A stretch of DNA of 64,000 bases from contig CM030332.1 in assembly GCA_017654855.1 (NCBI GenBank), forward strand, positions 1,798,001-1,862,000. The letters run 5' to 3'. Made by a program: the position numbers and the translations under genes. This stretch comes from Podospora anserina. Lineage: Eukaryota. The notes beneath the pieces are model-generated. The model was not told where the DNA came from and did no database searches. It saw nothing but the letters and a program-made list of their open reading frames with translations. Positions 11,385 to 22,399 of this stretch are shown here, piece after piece. Positions within the stretch are counted from its first letter, which is position 1. The number at the start of each line of letters is the position of its first letter.

Positions 11385-12125
11385 CTACGCCCCAGGTTTC
11401 TCAGCAAAATAAATCTGGGGAGCCGATTCTGCCTTGAGCCAAGACAGACAATCCGAGCTATTTTCCCCTGTGCTCCCCCTGAGTGACTCAGAGGAGTAAA
11501 GAGGACTGTGTGGCTCTACAATGGATGGCTTAAATGTGTTGTTTCTAGTGTTGCTGAACTGCTTACTGTAATCTCCCTTGCTGTGTGAGATGGCGCGACT
11601 TGCAAGACCAAGCTTCGGGCCGATCACCCAGATACGCTGATGAGCATCTCGTCTGCAAAAGCCAAGGTGCTTCATCAGCCGGGCGCAGATGGATCGTACG
11701 GGCGTCTCAACGAACTTGCCCACAAAGTGGTCGAGCGTCAAGTGATCTCCGATCTTACCCCGCGACATCTCCTGGCCCTGTGTTCGGGTGGCGTGCAGAC
11801 TCGGGAAGGCTTCTTGAACGGCCGGGTAGAGGGTGAATAAGCTGTCGAGGGTGCGGCGTTGTAGCGTGTCAAAGTCGTCCCAGTGTCGGAGATAGGTCGG
11901 GCAAAGCTTGCCATGCGGGGCCGAAGCAGGGCCGGCTGTAGTAAGCCTGGGATCCCGCTGTACTTCGAACGTGGTAAAGAGATGCTGGTGACAATATTCT
12001 AGGTACTCGACAAGTGTGGTGTTGCGGACCTCGCGTTGGGCCTCCTCTGCCCGGCGCTCAGCCACCTCTGCCCGACGCTTAGCATCATCAACTTCCTTTC
12101 GTAACTTCACAAGCTCTGCCTCCAT
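11385..12125 (-). pseudogene. Truncated Spok-family (spore killer-like) ORF: coiled coil + N-terminal conserved domain only
   Basis: A coiled coil is followed by RNTTLVEYLEYCHQHL, GKLCPTYLRHWDDF and DHFVGKFVETPVRSI. These match, from recall, the SPOK N-terminal pattern RKTTFLEYLHNCHRHL / GKYYPKRLRPWTNF / DRFEVDAVERPV. Similarity ends near aa 155; no nuclease or kinase domain is seen downstream. Confidence 0.75.
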
Positions 12126-12710
12126 CGATTTTGTAGGTCTTGTTGATGTTGATGAATGGCTGATGTGGTTTAAGGCTAGGGCGTTGCTTTGGTGAAATGA
12201 GCTTGGACACTCAAGTGGGGCTGGGTAAGTGCAAGAGTCGCGTAGTCACGTGCCTTCGATAGCGCGTGCCATGGTTGACAACACTTTGAGGCTGGAATTC
12301 AAGCACCCATGTGAGCACTGCAACTGCGGTGAGCTACTGTGCCAGAGTGCAATGCCGAGCATAATCAAGTCTGGACCGCCCTCAGATTTCTCAGCTCTGC
12401 GAAGCTCCTTATCTTTTGGCTCGGTGACCTACGATAAGATGCGAATCTGATTGGTCTCTCGCCAGCCAAGTTGCTGGGCCTTTCTTGGATCCTCCTGAAT
12501 ATCATCACCCACCAGCTTGGCGAGCTGGCAGTGGGACTTGGCGTACGTATGCCGTCTCGGCGCGTCTCACTGCCACGACTGACACGCTCATTCGTTACTT
12601 GATTATTATCATGGCGAACATGGCTTCTTTTCTTTCTCATTCCTCTCAGCTTCTCATCCTCTTCCTCGAGCCAATTCCACCACGAACCATACACAAATCA
12701 ACAAGCCTTG

Positions 12711-14900
12711 ATGGCTTCCAACGTCGCACCATGGGATGACGTCAAGTACTTGACGGATGACGAGATCAACTTTTTTCTCGACGACCTCGACCACAACAAT
12801 GACGGGTTAATTGACTACAGCGAAGTCGAGCAGAAGCTGGATAAGGTCCATGAGGAGATTGCTCCCAAGGCACTTCCACACCATCTTCACCATGACGGTC
12901 GAGAGGACTTGGACCGTCATGCATTCCTCCGCGCCATTATCAAGTCAGACAAAAACCGGATCCCGCGCGCCGAGTTCGCCGAAACGGTCAAGAGCTGGAA
13001 GATTCCCAGCATGAAACAGGACCAGGCGAATGACAGCGAGCAAAAGGACTACATGCGCAAGATGGGCATCTGGAGACGGATGAAGTCTTACTGGGCTGTT
13101 CACGGGCCAGAAATCGCCTTTATTGGGCTGGTAGTGGCTATGCAGCTTGCTTTTGGGGTTTGGCAGTTTGTCAAGTACCTCACTGGAGAGTACTACACAC
13201 GCGGTTTTGGTTGGGGCGTGGTGCTGGCCAAGACTTGCGCTGGTGCTCTTTATCCGACCTTCTTCTTTCTGATTCTCAGCATGTCGCGGTATTTCTCGAC
13301 ATTTCTTCGACGGTCGTACTACATCTCAAGGTTCATCAACTGGGATTTGTCCCAGGAGTTCCACATCAGGATTTCGTGTGTGGCTCTTGTGCTCGCAAGT
13401 CTTCATGCAATTGGACACCTGGGAGGCTCTTTTGTTTGGGGCAGCAGGAAGGAAAACGAAGATGCCGTGGCTATCTTGCTGGGACCAGATGCTGTGCCAC
13501 GGCCGTATATTAACTACGTTAAGTCCTTGCCTGGGTTCACTGGTCTTACTGCTTTGGGCTTGTTTTATCTTCTTTCACTGCTGAGTACTCCTCCAGTCAG
13601 AAAGTGGAACTATGAAGTCTTCCAAATGGGCCATCTTCTGATGTATCCCATTATTGGGTTATTGATGGCCCACGGCACCGCAGGGCTACTTCAGTGGCCC
13701 ATGTTTGGGTACTGGCTTGCCTTCCCCACGCTCTTGGTTCTTACAGAAAGAATTGTGCGGCTACTGGTTGGTTTTCACAAAATCAGCGCTGCTCTTCAGG
13801 TTCTAGACAGCGAAACCGTCGCGATCAGAGCCAAGATTCCAAGTGAAAGAATTTGGAAATACAATGCTGGACAGTATGTCTTCTTGCAGGTCCCGGCCCT
13901 GAGCTTCTTTCAGTGGCATCCTTTCACAGTATCCACATGTATCGGTAATGAAATGCAGCTTCATATCAAAACCGACGGGAACTGGACACGCAGACTCCGT
14001 GACCTGGCTGGAAAAGATGGCATAGCACAGATTCAGATTGGCATCAACGGCCCATTTGGGGCACCAGCACAGCGCTTTTACGACTTCAGCCACACCATTG
14101 TTGTTGGTGCCGGTATTGGTGTCACCCCCTTCAGCGGTATCCTTACGGACTTGCAAGAGAAAGACGACAAAGCTCACAATGGCCCGGGTCTGGATGCTCC
14201 AATCACTGCAGGTGGAAGATCAACATCCCATGGCTCCCACCTCATCGGCCCTGGGGAGGATGGCTTGCAGGATTCGTCTGTCAGGGACAGGGAGAAGGTC
14301 TCTACTGGAGCCCCTATAGAAGACGCCAACCACCGGGAGACGCTCACCAAGGGAGGCAACGAGACGGACAACCACCCATCAGACTATCGCCGCGTTGACT
14401 TTCATTGGAGTGTCAGAGACAAGAACAACCTCCTCTGGCTATCCGATCTCCTAAACCGGGTTTCTCGCTCCCAGCAATGGCACGCTCAGCACCATAAGGA
14501 GGAGCACGGCCCCCATCTCGACATTAGAATTCACACCCACGTCACTCAGAAAAGGAACAACATCGCCACGCATGTATACCGCTGGTTGCTGGAGATGCAT
14601 CGTACTCCTGAGCACCCAGCCAGCCCGTTGACCGGACTGCTGAACGCAACACACTTCGGCAGACCAGATTTTATCAGGATTCTGGATAGGCATTATGAGG
14701 AGATGAAGGGGTACAAGGCTGAACTCGTAAGGAAAGACAAGGAAAAGTGGGAGGACGAGGAGTTCAAGGTCGGGGTTTTCTTTTGTGGGACACCGATTGT
14801 TGGGGAGATCTTGGCTGATAGGTGTCGCTTGTTGAGTGCGAGGGGCAGGACGGATGGGAGTAAGATCGAATATCATTTTATGATGGAGGTGTTTAACTAG
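12711..14900 (+). CDS. nox3: EF-hand NADPH oxidase, NoxC/Nox3 class
   Basis: EF-hand DHNNDGLIDYSE, ferric-reductase TM region with heme His residues, FAD motif QWHPFTVS, NGPFGAP, NADPH motif GAGIGVTPF, VGVFFCG and terminal EVF. An upstream exon is possible. Confidence 0.9.
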   Translation: MASNVAPWDDVKYLTDDEINFFLDDLDHNNDGLIDYSEVEQKLDKVHEEIAPKALPHHLHHDGREDLDRHAFLRAIIKSDKNRIPRAEFAETVKSWKIPSMKQDQANDSEQKDYMRKMGIWRRMKSYWAVHGPEIAFIGLVVAMQLAFGVWQFVKYLTGEYYTRGFGWGVVLAKTCAGALYPTFFFLILSMSRYFSTFLRRSYYISRFINWDLSQEFHIRISCVALVLASLHAIGHLGGSFVWGSRKENEDAVAILLGPDAVPRPYINYVKSLPGFTGLTALGLFYLLSLLSTPPVRKWNYEVFQMGHLLMYPIIGLLMAHGTAGLLQWPMFGYWLAFPTLLVLTERIVRLLVGFHKISAALQVLDSETVAIRAKIPSERIWKYNAGQYVFLQVPALSFFQWHPFTVSTCIGNEMQLHIKTDGNWTRRLRDLAGKDGIAQIQIGINGPFGAPAQRFYDFSHTIVVGAGIGVTPFSGILTDLQEKDDKAHNGPGLDAPITAGGRSTSHGSHLIGPGEDGLQDSSVRDREKVSTGAPIEDANHRETLTKGGNETDNHPSDYRRVDFHWSVRDKNNLLWLSDLLNRVSRSQQWHAQHHKEEHGPHLDIRIHTHVTQKRNNIATHVYRWLLEMHRTPEHPASPLTGLLNATHFGRPDFIRILDRHYEEMKGYKAELVRKDKEKWEDEEFKVGVFFCGTPIVGEILADRCRLLSARGRTDGSKIEYHFMMEVFN

Positions 14901-15596
14901 GTAGTGTGCTGGAGGGAAACAGGAGCGTGGTCTCCGTACTCTGTGAGTAATGATGAACAGTATTTGTTTCTACAAAAGAACACCTGCCGGCGAACAAGGA
15001 AGTGTTTTTGGAACAATACAGACTTACTTTACATGCGGCTCTACACCCACACGTGAATGGACGGCCGACACCACCCGACAGATATCCTGGTTTTTCCGCT
15101 CCGCCTCATCTCAACTTCTTGATCTGGATATGGGGCTCCATTCCAACAAGCTGAAGCTGACGAACTATTAGATGACTGATGTCCCCACACATGCTGACAG
15201 ATGGCAGGGCAAGCTGGGGGCTTCATGCAGGAACGGTGTATTCAGCAGTACACATTGACCCCAACTTCCATGCAACTCTTACGCATATGTTGACATTGGC
15301 ATAAACGAATCTGTCGATATGATGACGTGCCAAGTTGGAAGCGATAGTCCCATTGTCAATAGTCTGTCCAACGTAATCCACGTTGATGAGTAAGATTATG
15401 CACTGTTTGGAGACATGAGGCTGGTGATTCCTGAGGCTAGATGCATGTGAAAAGAACGCACACTAGGAGACGGGGCTGGCTACATAATCGTGAAGTAAAG
15501 AACAGGTATAAAACGGAGGCTCATCATCCCCAAAGTCTTTGACATTCCCTCCTCATCATCCACCAGCGACATTCTCCCATCCAACACTCACCCACC

Positions 15597-16001
15597 ATGC
15601 ACTTCATCAAGCTTCTCACCGCAGCCACTGCCTTCGCAGTCGGCACCTCCGCCTGGAACATCCCACGACAGGCAAACGGCACAGTCACCGTCACTCAAAC
15701 CGTGACTTCCCTCCTTACCGCTCCTTGTGACCCTGCCACCACCGTCATCTCAACTCAACCACCCTTGTCTACCACCGCACTGCCTGTCACAAGCTGCACA
15801 CCATCACCTTCTCGTCCTTCACCTGTTCAGCCCGGGGCAGTATGCAACTGCTTTGCCTGGCATTATGTACGATCGGGTGACAACTGCTGGGAGTTGTCGC
15901 AGAGATATGGGATTACGGAAGCGCAGATTCAGGCCTGGAACACCGAGGTTGGACCGAGTTGTGAGATTTGGTTGGATTACTTTGTTTGCATTGGTGCTTG
16001 A
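15597..16001 (+). CDS. Small secreted LysM effector-like protein
   Basis: Signal peptide, T/P/S-rich linker and a Cys-flanked fungal LysM domain (CFAWHYVRSGDNCWELSQRYGITEAQIQAWNTEVGPSCEIWLDYFVCIG). Confidence 0.92.
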   Translation: MHFIKLLTAATAFAVGTSAWNIPRQANGTVTVTQTVTSLLTAPCDPATTVISTQPPLSTTALPVTSCTPSPSRPSPVQPGAVCNCFAWHYVRSGDNCWELSQRYGITEAQIQAWNTEVGPSCEIWLDYFVCIGA

Positions 16002-16403
16002 GCTGTCAACTAAGGGATTGTGGGGGGAGCAAGGAAGGCCTTGCGGGGGAGAAATGGTCGGATGAAATAGTGGATGAGATGATGGATGAGATGATGGATG
16101 AGATGAATGAACTAGGTAAAAGGACATAGCTTTTTCAGGTCACAAAAATATACATTGTGTTAGTCTTGAAGTCTTGAAGTGTAAAATGATAAAAAGTGTA
16201 TTAAATTCAAAGCACGCTAAGTATGCCTACCTGGTACCTGTTTTTGGCCTTTTCGTATTAGATGAAATCTTACACAAACGGTTAATTATCCTGAAAGCCA
16301 GCCCAATTAGTACCTATGAAGGGTAAGTGCTTTTTTTCTTTTTTCTTTTTCTTTTTTTTTTTTTTTTGAGATTTTAGGTGATGATGAGATGGCCATGACA
16401 CAG

Positions 16404-17474
16404 CTAGTACTGAGTAGCAGAAGAATCATATCTGATCCTCGCGACAATTTCATCCAGAAACCCCCACTCAATCCGATTATGAAGAATATGGTACCTCAAC
16501 AAAAAGTCAAGAATCACCAAGCCATTCTCCGGACTAAAGCTGTTAGCAAACAGCTCCCTCTCGAGCTCCTGGAAATTCAGCCAGATTAACTCGCTTACAT
16601 CGCACCCAAGCTCATAGACATGCCTGTGCTTGGGAAGGACCACATCAAAGATGTAGCGCCTCGAAAACTCGACAGTGCCCTCTCGGGCACTCCCGTATTC
16701 GGGGCCATGAATCTGAGTAGAGAAAATCTTACCCTGGGATGCGAAGAAGGTGTTGTCATCAAATAACCACCTGGAGATATCCTCACCTGCTAAACGCTTC
16801 AAAGCCGCCAGAGGCGAGGCATCAAGGGCGGAGACATTGGTAGTGAAGAAGGGAGCCAGCCTTGCGCCGCCACTTTTGGGACCACCAGGGACTCTACGAA
16901 CAAGGAGCTCATGATCGCCCTGTGGTGCCCGCCAGATGTTGAGGACAGCAAAGTGAGTGGGAATGCCGAGCACAGGGACCAGTGTACACGGGACCTTGAC
17001 CCCAGGGAGAATACCACAGGTGGAGGTGGGGATCGGAGCCTGAGTGTGCCCAGGAAAGACCATCGGTTGAAGGTTGCCAAACGGATTACCACTCAGGCGC
17101 CAAGCAGCGTCAAAGATGTCCCTGATGGCCTTATTCAGTGTTTCCGGGTTGGTGCAGTATTTGGATTTAAGCTGCATGTGGTTGTTGGGTTGGACTTCAA
17201 CGTTTTTGGCTTTGATGAAGTCGAAGAAGGAGGAAAGCCTCCGATCACCCTTGAAAATGCGGGCAGTTGATTCGAAAATCACGCCGCACTTTACAACAGT
17301 GTCGGTGTCCACAGGGTGGATTTGATTTCCTCGCTTGAGGAGAATGGTGAAGCGCCAGACGGGGAAGTCTTGACGGGGTTGCCAAACCCTGGTGCCATCT
17401 CCCTCCATGAAACCGTTGCCTTGCTTGAGGACGGCCAGGATGAGGCTGGTATCGGGCACAGGTGTGGAAGCCAT
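16404..17474 (-). CDS. Divergent YJR142W / thiamine-pyrophosphokinase-related Nudix-fold protein with a degenerate Nudix box
   Basis: VLGIPTHFAVLN, LLVRR, RYIFDVVLP and FSPENGLVILDFLLRYHIL parallel the family motifs FGVVTYGVH, IWVPRR, YVYDLELP and FKPNCALVxLDFxIRHGIL. ATG at 17474. Confidence 0.65.
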   Translation of the reverse strand: MASTPVPDTSLILAVLKQGNGFMEGDGTRVWQPRQDFPVWRFTILLKRGNQIHPVDTDTVVKCGVIFESTARIFKGDRRLSSFFDFIKAKNVEVQPNNHMQLKSKYCTNPETLNKAIRDIFDAAWRLSGNPFGNLQPMVFPGHTQAPIPTSTCGILPGVKVPCTLVPVLGIPTHFAVLNIWRAPQGDHELLVRRVPGGPKSGGARLAPFFTTNVSALDASPLAALKRLAGEDISRWLFDDNTFFASQGKIFSTQIHGPEYGSAREGTVEFSRRYIFDVVLPKHRHVYELGCDVSELIWLNFQELERELFANSFSPENGLVILDFLLRYHILHNRIEWGFLDEIVARIRYDSSATQY

Positions 17475-17988
17475 TTTTTGATGTGTTATCTTGACCAAGT
17501 AGAGGGTCTTGATGTGTTGCCAAAGTAATCCTTGCTTCGATGCAAAATGTTCACGTAAAATGAAGGCTGATGCCAGAAATAAAAGACGTTTTACTTCAGG
17601 TAACCTCGACGTGGTTAAATAGAATCTTCAGAGTCTAGAACGCAACAGAAATATTTTTTTTGTTCTGAGACATCTCTCCTGGTGGCCGAACAAAGCTTAA
17701 GGGGTGCAACAATAGTATTGTCGCACTGTGGCGAGAGCAAGCAAGTCAATGCCCTCCTTACACACGGGACACAGCAGAACATTCGGTGGCTCTTCTATGT
17801 CATGCACCGTGTTGCCAAATTCTGTCCTGTGCTTGTGGAACTGACCTGTGGTTCTGACTTTTATTCCGTCCACGTTCCTTTTGACGGTTTTCTTTTTGAT
17901 GCTGCTAAAACCTGGTTCATTCCTCACCGACACAATACACAGCTTGCCTTGCCTGAAATCGCCTGACAACTCACCCGTGGCAACCGCG

Positions 17989-20394
17989 ATGCAACTGAGA
18001 AGTGCAACAAGACGGCGACTTGCGGGGAAAATAGCCAAGGATAATGGGCACATCTCAGAGGACCATGAACGCCCAGGCCCAAGCACGGCGAGATTGTGCG
18101 AGCGCTGCAAGTCGATTCCATGGAGTAAAGTCTCAAAGTATGTTCTCGCCCAGAGATTGGCTGCGAGAGAGGTGGACAGATATCGGCTACACATGGGAGT
18201 GGGAAAATGTTTCTTGACCCTCAGATGAACGGCAGCATATGGAGCAATCCACATGCCAAGTGTGTCGCATATTGGCAACCATCATGCCAGAGTATGGTGG
18301 AAAAACCTACATTGTTGCCGTCACGTCTTACCAAGCCTTCAACACTGCTAGTTTCAACTTGGCGAATGCTTCATCGTTATGGTCCAAGGGCAATATTCTC
18401 ATCAGCGGCTTCGAAGAAGATCCTACCGGAGGGTGGGATGCACTGTTCGAACCAGATCCTCCCGCTTTCCAACGTCCCCTTGTCGAGGACAGAACGGAGA
18501 AGAAGGAGTTTGGCGCACGACGCATCCTACCAAATGTAGTTAGCTGGGACCTTGTTGCAACTTGGATGGGATATTGCCAGCAGAACCATGGCTTGAGATG
18601 TCGCCCCAACATGAGCAGCCAATTCCCGGGCTACGGATGATAGACTCCCGGGCACGATGCGTGGTCCCTGCACCTGACGGATGCAGTTATGCTGCGTAAA
18701 TATGTGAGTGCCGTTCCGACATTCTGATATCGCTTTGACTTATCGTCCTGCGTTCCTCAACCTGACGTCAAGAAGTGCATTGATCAGGAAAACCCACAGG
18801 AAAAGAATGAGCAGATCACCAAGATGGACGCCATATACACGTGTGCCGATCTCACCTTTATCTCTATCTCCGGAGAGAGCGCTGCCGAGGGACTTCCTGG
18901 CGTTGGCAGCAAAGCCCGCCAGCCCCAAAAGCGGGTGGTCATTGGTCACGTTGTTCTTACTCAGGTCTTGTCCCATCTTCTGCCACTCCTGGGAAAGTCG
19001 AAATGGGCTACAAGGGCCTGGACGTTTCAAGAAGGGTGCCCGTCTAAACGAAGACTGCTTTTCACCGACCAGCAAGTATTTTACGTGTGTAACAGCATGT
19101 ACTGTGCAAAGTCCGTGAGGCAACCACCCGAGAGCGCGGGCCTTGCCTCAATACTTGATTTTACCCATCCATTATCCTTTGTCAGCGAGCCCGTGAGAGG
19201 TGTTTTTGAATTCCCTGCACACCCAAGCCCACTTGACAAATATGGCCATGGGGCGAGGAGACTTACGTAAGACCTTGTTGTACTCCTGGGGGAATACAGC
19301 AAGCAACAACTCTCATTCGAGTCTGGTAGACTTAGCGCATGCATGGGAATCCTGGAAGCAAACCACGAAGCAGAATTCTCGCATCCCAAATCACGTTTGG
19401 GGTGTGCCTGTAGCTTGGGAAGCACATCCGTGGGTGTCGTACTTTGCAGACCCATCGGAGCAAGCGAAAAGCCCATGGAAAATAACCTTCTTCTGGATCT
19501 ACTGGCGCAAAGACAAACCCGGTCAACGAAACAAGCACTTCCCCACATGGTCATGGACAAGCCTATCCGGCCCAGTGACCATGAATCACCATCAACCAGC
19601 AACCCAGATGGGCACGTCATGTTGGCGTGAGACGGGCAATTTTCCGGACAGACCTGAAATTCAGTTTGCTCCATTGTGTGGTTATCCGGCCTTCTCTCCG
19701 GTGCCAAAGACTCCGGAGAGTTTGGAAAATTCTCCGTATCACAGGCTTTCGGAATGTACCAGATACATGCACGTCATGGCATAAACGATTGTGGCTCCGA
19801 TACAATACTATTACTGGAGCGAAGACACTCCGTGGCACGAGGTTGATTCCGGCTGAATAGTCAATCCCGACAACCCGATGTGGAGCAGTGCTCAACCCAA
19901 GTGGATAGGATTTAGGCTCTCGAGAAAACGTTCAAGACCAGTGAGGCCTGGGTGGTATGGGAGGCTCAGGATTTCCGATGATCTGGACAAAATAATCGAG
20001 ATACATCTGGACACTGACGACTCACCTCCCAAGGAGAGCCTGGCTATTTCCTTTGATCAGTTAAAACCACGAGGGTCACATTGTTTCTATGTCAATTATC
20101 CATCCTATGATCTTGATCCAACGATCAGTGTCTGATAAATACTCACGAGCGGTTCGGACTTATGGATATGCCTGGGATCAATAACTCTACGTTGGGAAAA
20201 GCACAGGAACGATGTCAATATTGTCCTCCTGTGCCCTTCACGACTTTACCAACCGCCCAAGGTCCAGATGTTTCGCGCATCCTTATCGCCTTGAGTCTGA
20301 CAATGCTGGATCTGCTGCTGAAGCAGTATTGATAGAGAACATCACGCCCTTGTGGCACAATCATCGGGAGCTGCGGTATCTGGTAGTGGGTTAA
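17989..20394 (+). pseudogene. HET-domain (heterokaryon incompatibility, PF06985-type) pseudogene
   Basis: LCERC, CQVC, WMGYCQQNH, LRMID, CIDQ..EQITKMDAIYTCA, GLPGV, WATRAWTFQEG..RRLLFT and FPTWSW are spread over several frames with stops. The LSYVWG..YLWVD core is missing. Confidence 0.85.
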
Positions 20395-22399
20395 TATTCA
20401 ACAAGGGTGAGTGTAGAGGGTGGCGTTGGCTCAGTTTTACGTAGTAGCACACACGTTCAGTTCTCTTTATCATTCCGCGACTGTCCCACCATAAGTACCC
20501 ATAAATACCCACTTTTCCCAAAGTCCATTGGCTAGCAATTCAATCATACCTGTCATCTCTGGCTTATATCTACTTCCACACATCCTCAATGTGTTTACTA
20601 CCAGTCTTTCACTCGTAATTCCTAGGGACTGACTTATGGTCTTCCTCTTTCATGCCTTACACCTCTAAACTCCTACTAAAATTTACCGGGCTACTGCCGT
20701 TCTTGTCGTTCAAATAATGACCTAACGTACACATGTGTCGTTTCATAATGTCAATGACAGAAGACAAAACCACAGGAAACCCCCAGGCACGCAAGATACG
20801 CTAAACAGTGGCCCTGCCCACTGTAAAAAGACTAAAAGGTGTGGTTTCATTCCCCTACAAAGCAATATTATCAGCAACTACAATTCCAGATCCACCCAAG
20901 CCTGTTCCACCAATCTTTACTCTGAAAATCCCATCGTCGAATTGACTGCTGCCAGCATATATTTGGCCAACAACCCGATTTTCAACCGTGACAACAGCCC
21001 CAATATAGCGACACTCAAGATGAGAGCCAACAACCAAAAGAGCAGACCCCGCTTGGTTACCCGACCTCTCTGACGGGTGCGTCAAAAGCAGGCATCTATC
21101 CCATTGCCGAAGAGCACTCTCAACTTTTACAGCAGCAGCGACATCGTTGCCCTGTGGGCTCAAGTTGCCTGGCCTTCTCTCTGTCTATTTTATGAAATTG
21201 CCACATTCCTTCAACTGCCCCATCCGCATCAATAGTCAGCGTTCCAGATGAGTGTGCAAGGTCGCTGGCAGTGTCGACTGGCATATCAAAAAGTGTCGCC
21301 GGACACCAAGACCACGGCCCACGGTCCCTCATGGTCAGCTTTCCATGAAACAAGCAGCTATATGGAATTTTTCCCAGATGAGAAAGTACCTGAGCGGCGA
21401 TGATGCTCTCGCCATCAGCCAGGTCACAGTCAGGTACCTGAGCTAGCAGCGCAGAGATAATGGTACGATCCCGCACCCAAGATGTACTGCGGGTTGACAA
21501 AGCAGTGAGCAAGTCACCAACATTATCGATGGGCCTTCGCAGCCGCCGGATCAATGTTGTGGCAAGCCAATGTGCAGGAGAAGACGTAGCTGGATTTTGA
21601 GCTAGGATTTCAGTGCCAAAATCTTTCATCAGTGGTTCAGAATCCCCAGCTGGGTCTTTGACAACACCAACACCCTCTTTGACATGAACAGCTCCAAGGC
21701 AGTCCAGCCGCGTGTGAACCAAGTTGAAAGGATCATGGCGATACAAGGGCTGCCGTCGTCGCTCCAGGGGAAGTTGACGAGGTCTGTATCGTGGATGATG
21801 GTGTATTCGGCGTTGGCGTAGTTTTCGTGCATATTGTTGAGAGCTAGCCGTCGAGCCTTGGTGGCGCTCTCGATGGCTGGCAATGCGACATGTGAAGGCA
21901 GGAGCTGGTGGTTCCTTCGACCGAATCCCCTGGGGCCAAGCCCAAGATGGGATTGGATCCTTGCCATCCAGTAGATGAGATTCGACACTTCAGCCAGATC
22001 GACCGGGTAAGCATCGTTATTCAGATAGGGAATGCGGTACTGTTCGTGATTCCCGGCCTGCACGCACATCTTGAGTGCCATACACAACCTTTCAACCGAG
22101 ATGTGGATCTGAGACCGTCGTTCGGTGTGGAGGAGGACGGTCTGGCAACTCATTCCTGTTTAGGCCCAGCGCCGGAAGGCTTTCCATCCACACCCGGGGG
22201 CAGCTCCTTCCATCTTTGACCGCAGCTGTTGGCATGTACGACTCTTGCAATGACGAAGCCCCGCCTGCAAGGCAGCCAGGGCGATCTGGGATAAGAAGTC
22301 CATCTTTGGCTCAGTTGCATCCTCATGCAGCTCTGCAGCCAAATCTTCGACTTCCAGGTCAAACTTTGACACTTCTGTGTGTTGGGGAGTGCGAGGCCT

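Noticed and set aside
16060-16370. GATGAGATGATG repeats and a poly-T run between convergent genes
   Set aside because: Ordinary simple repeats in 3' regions.
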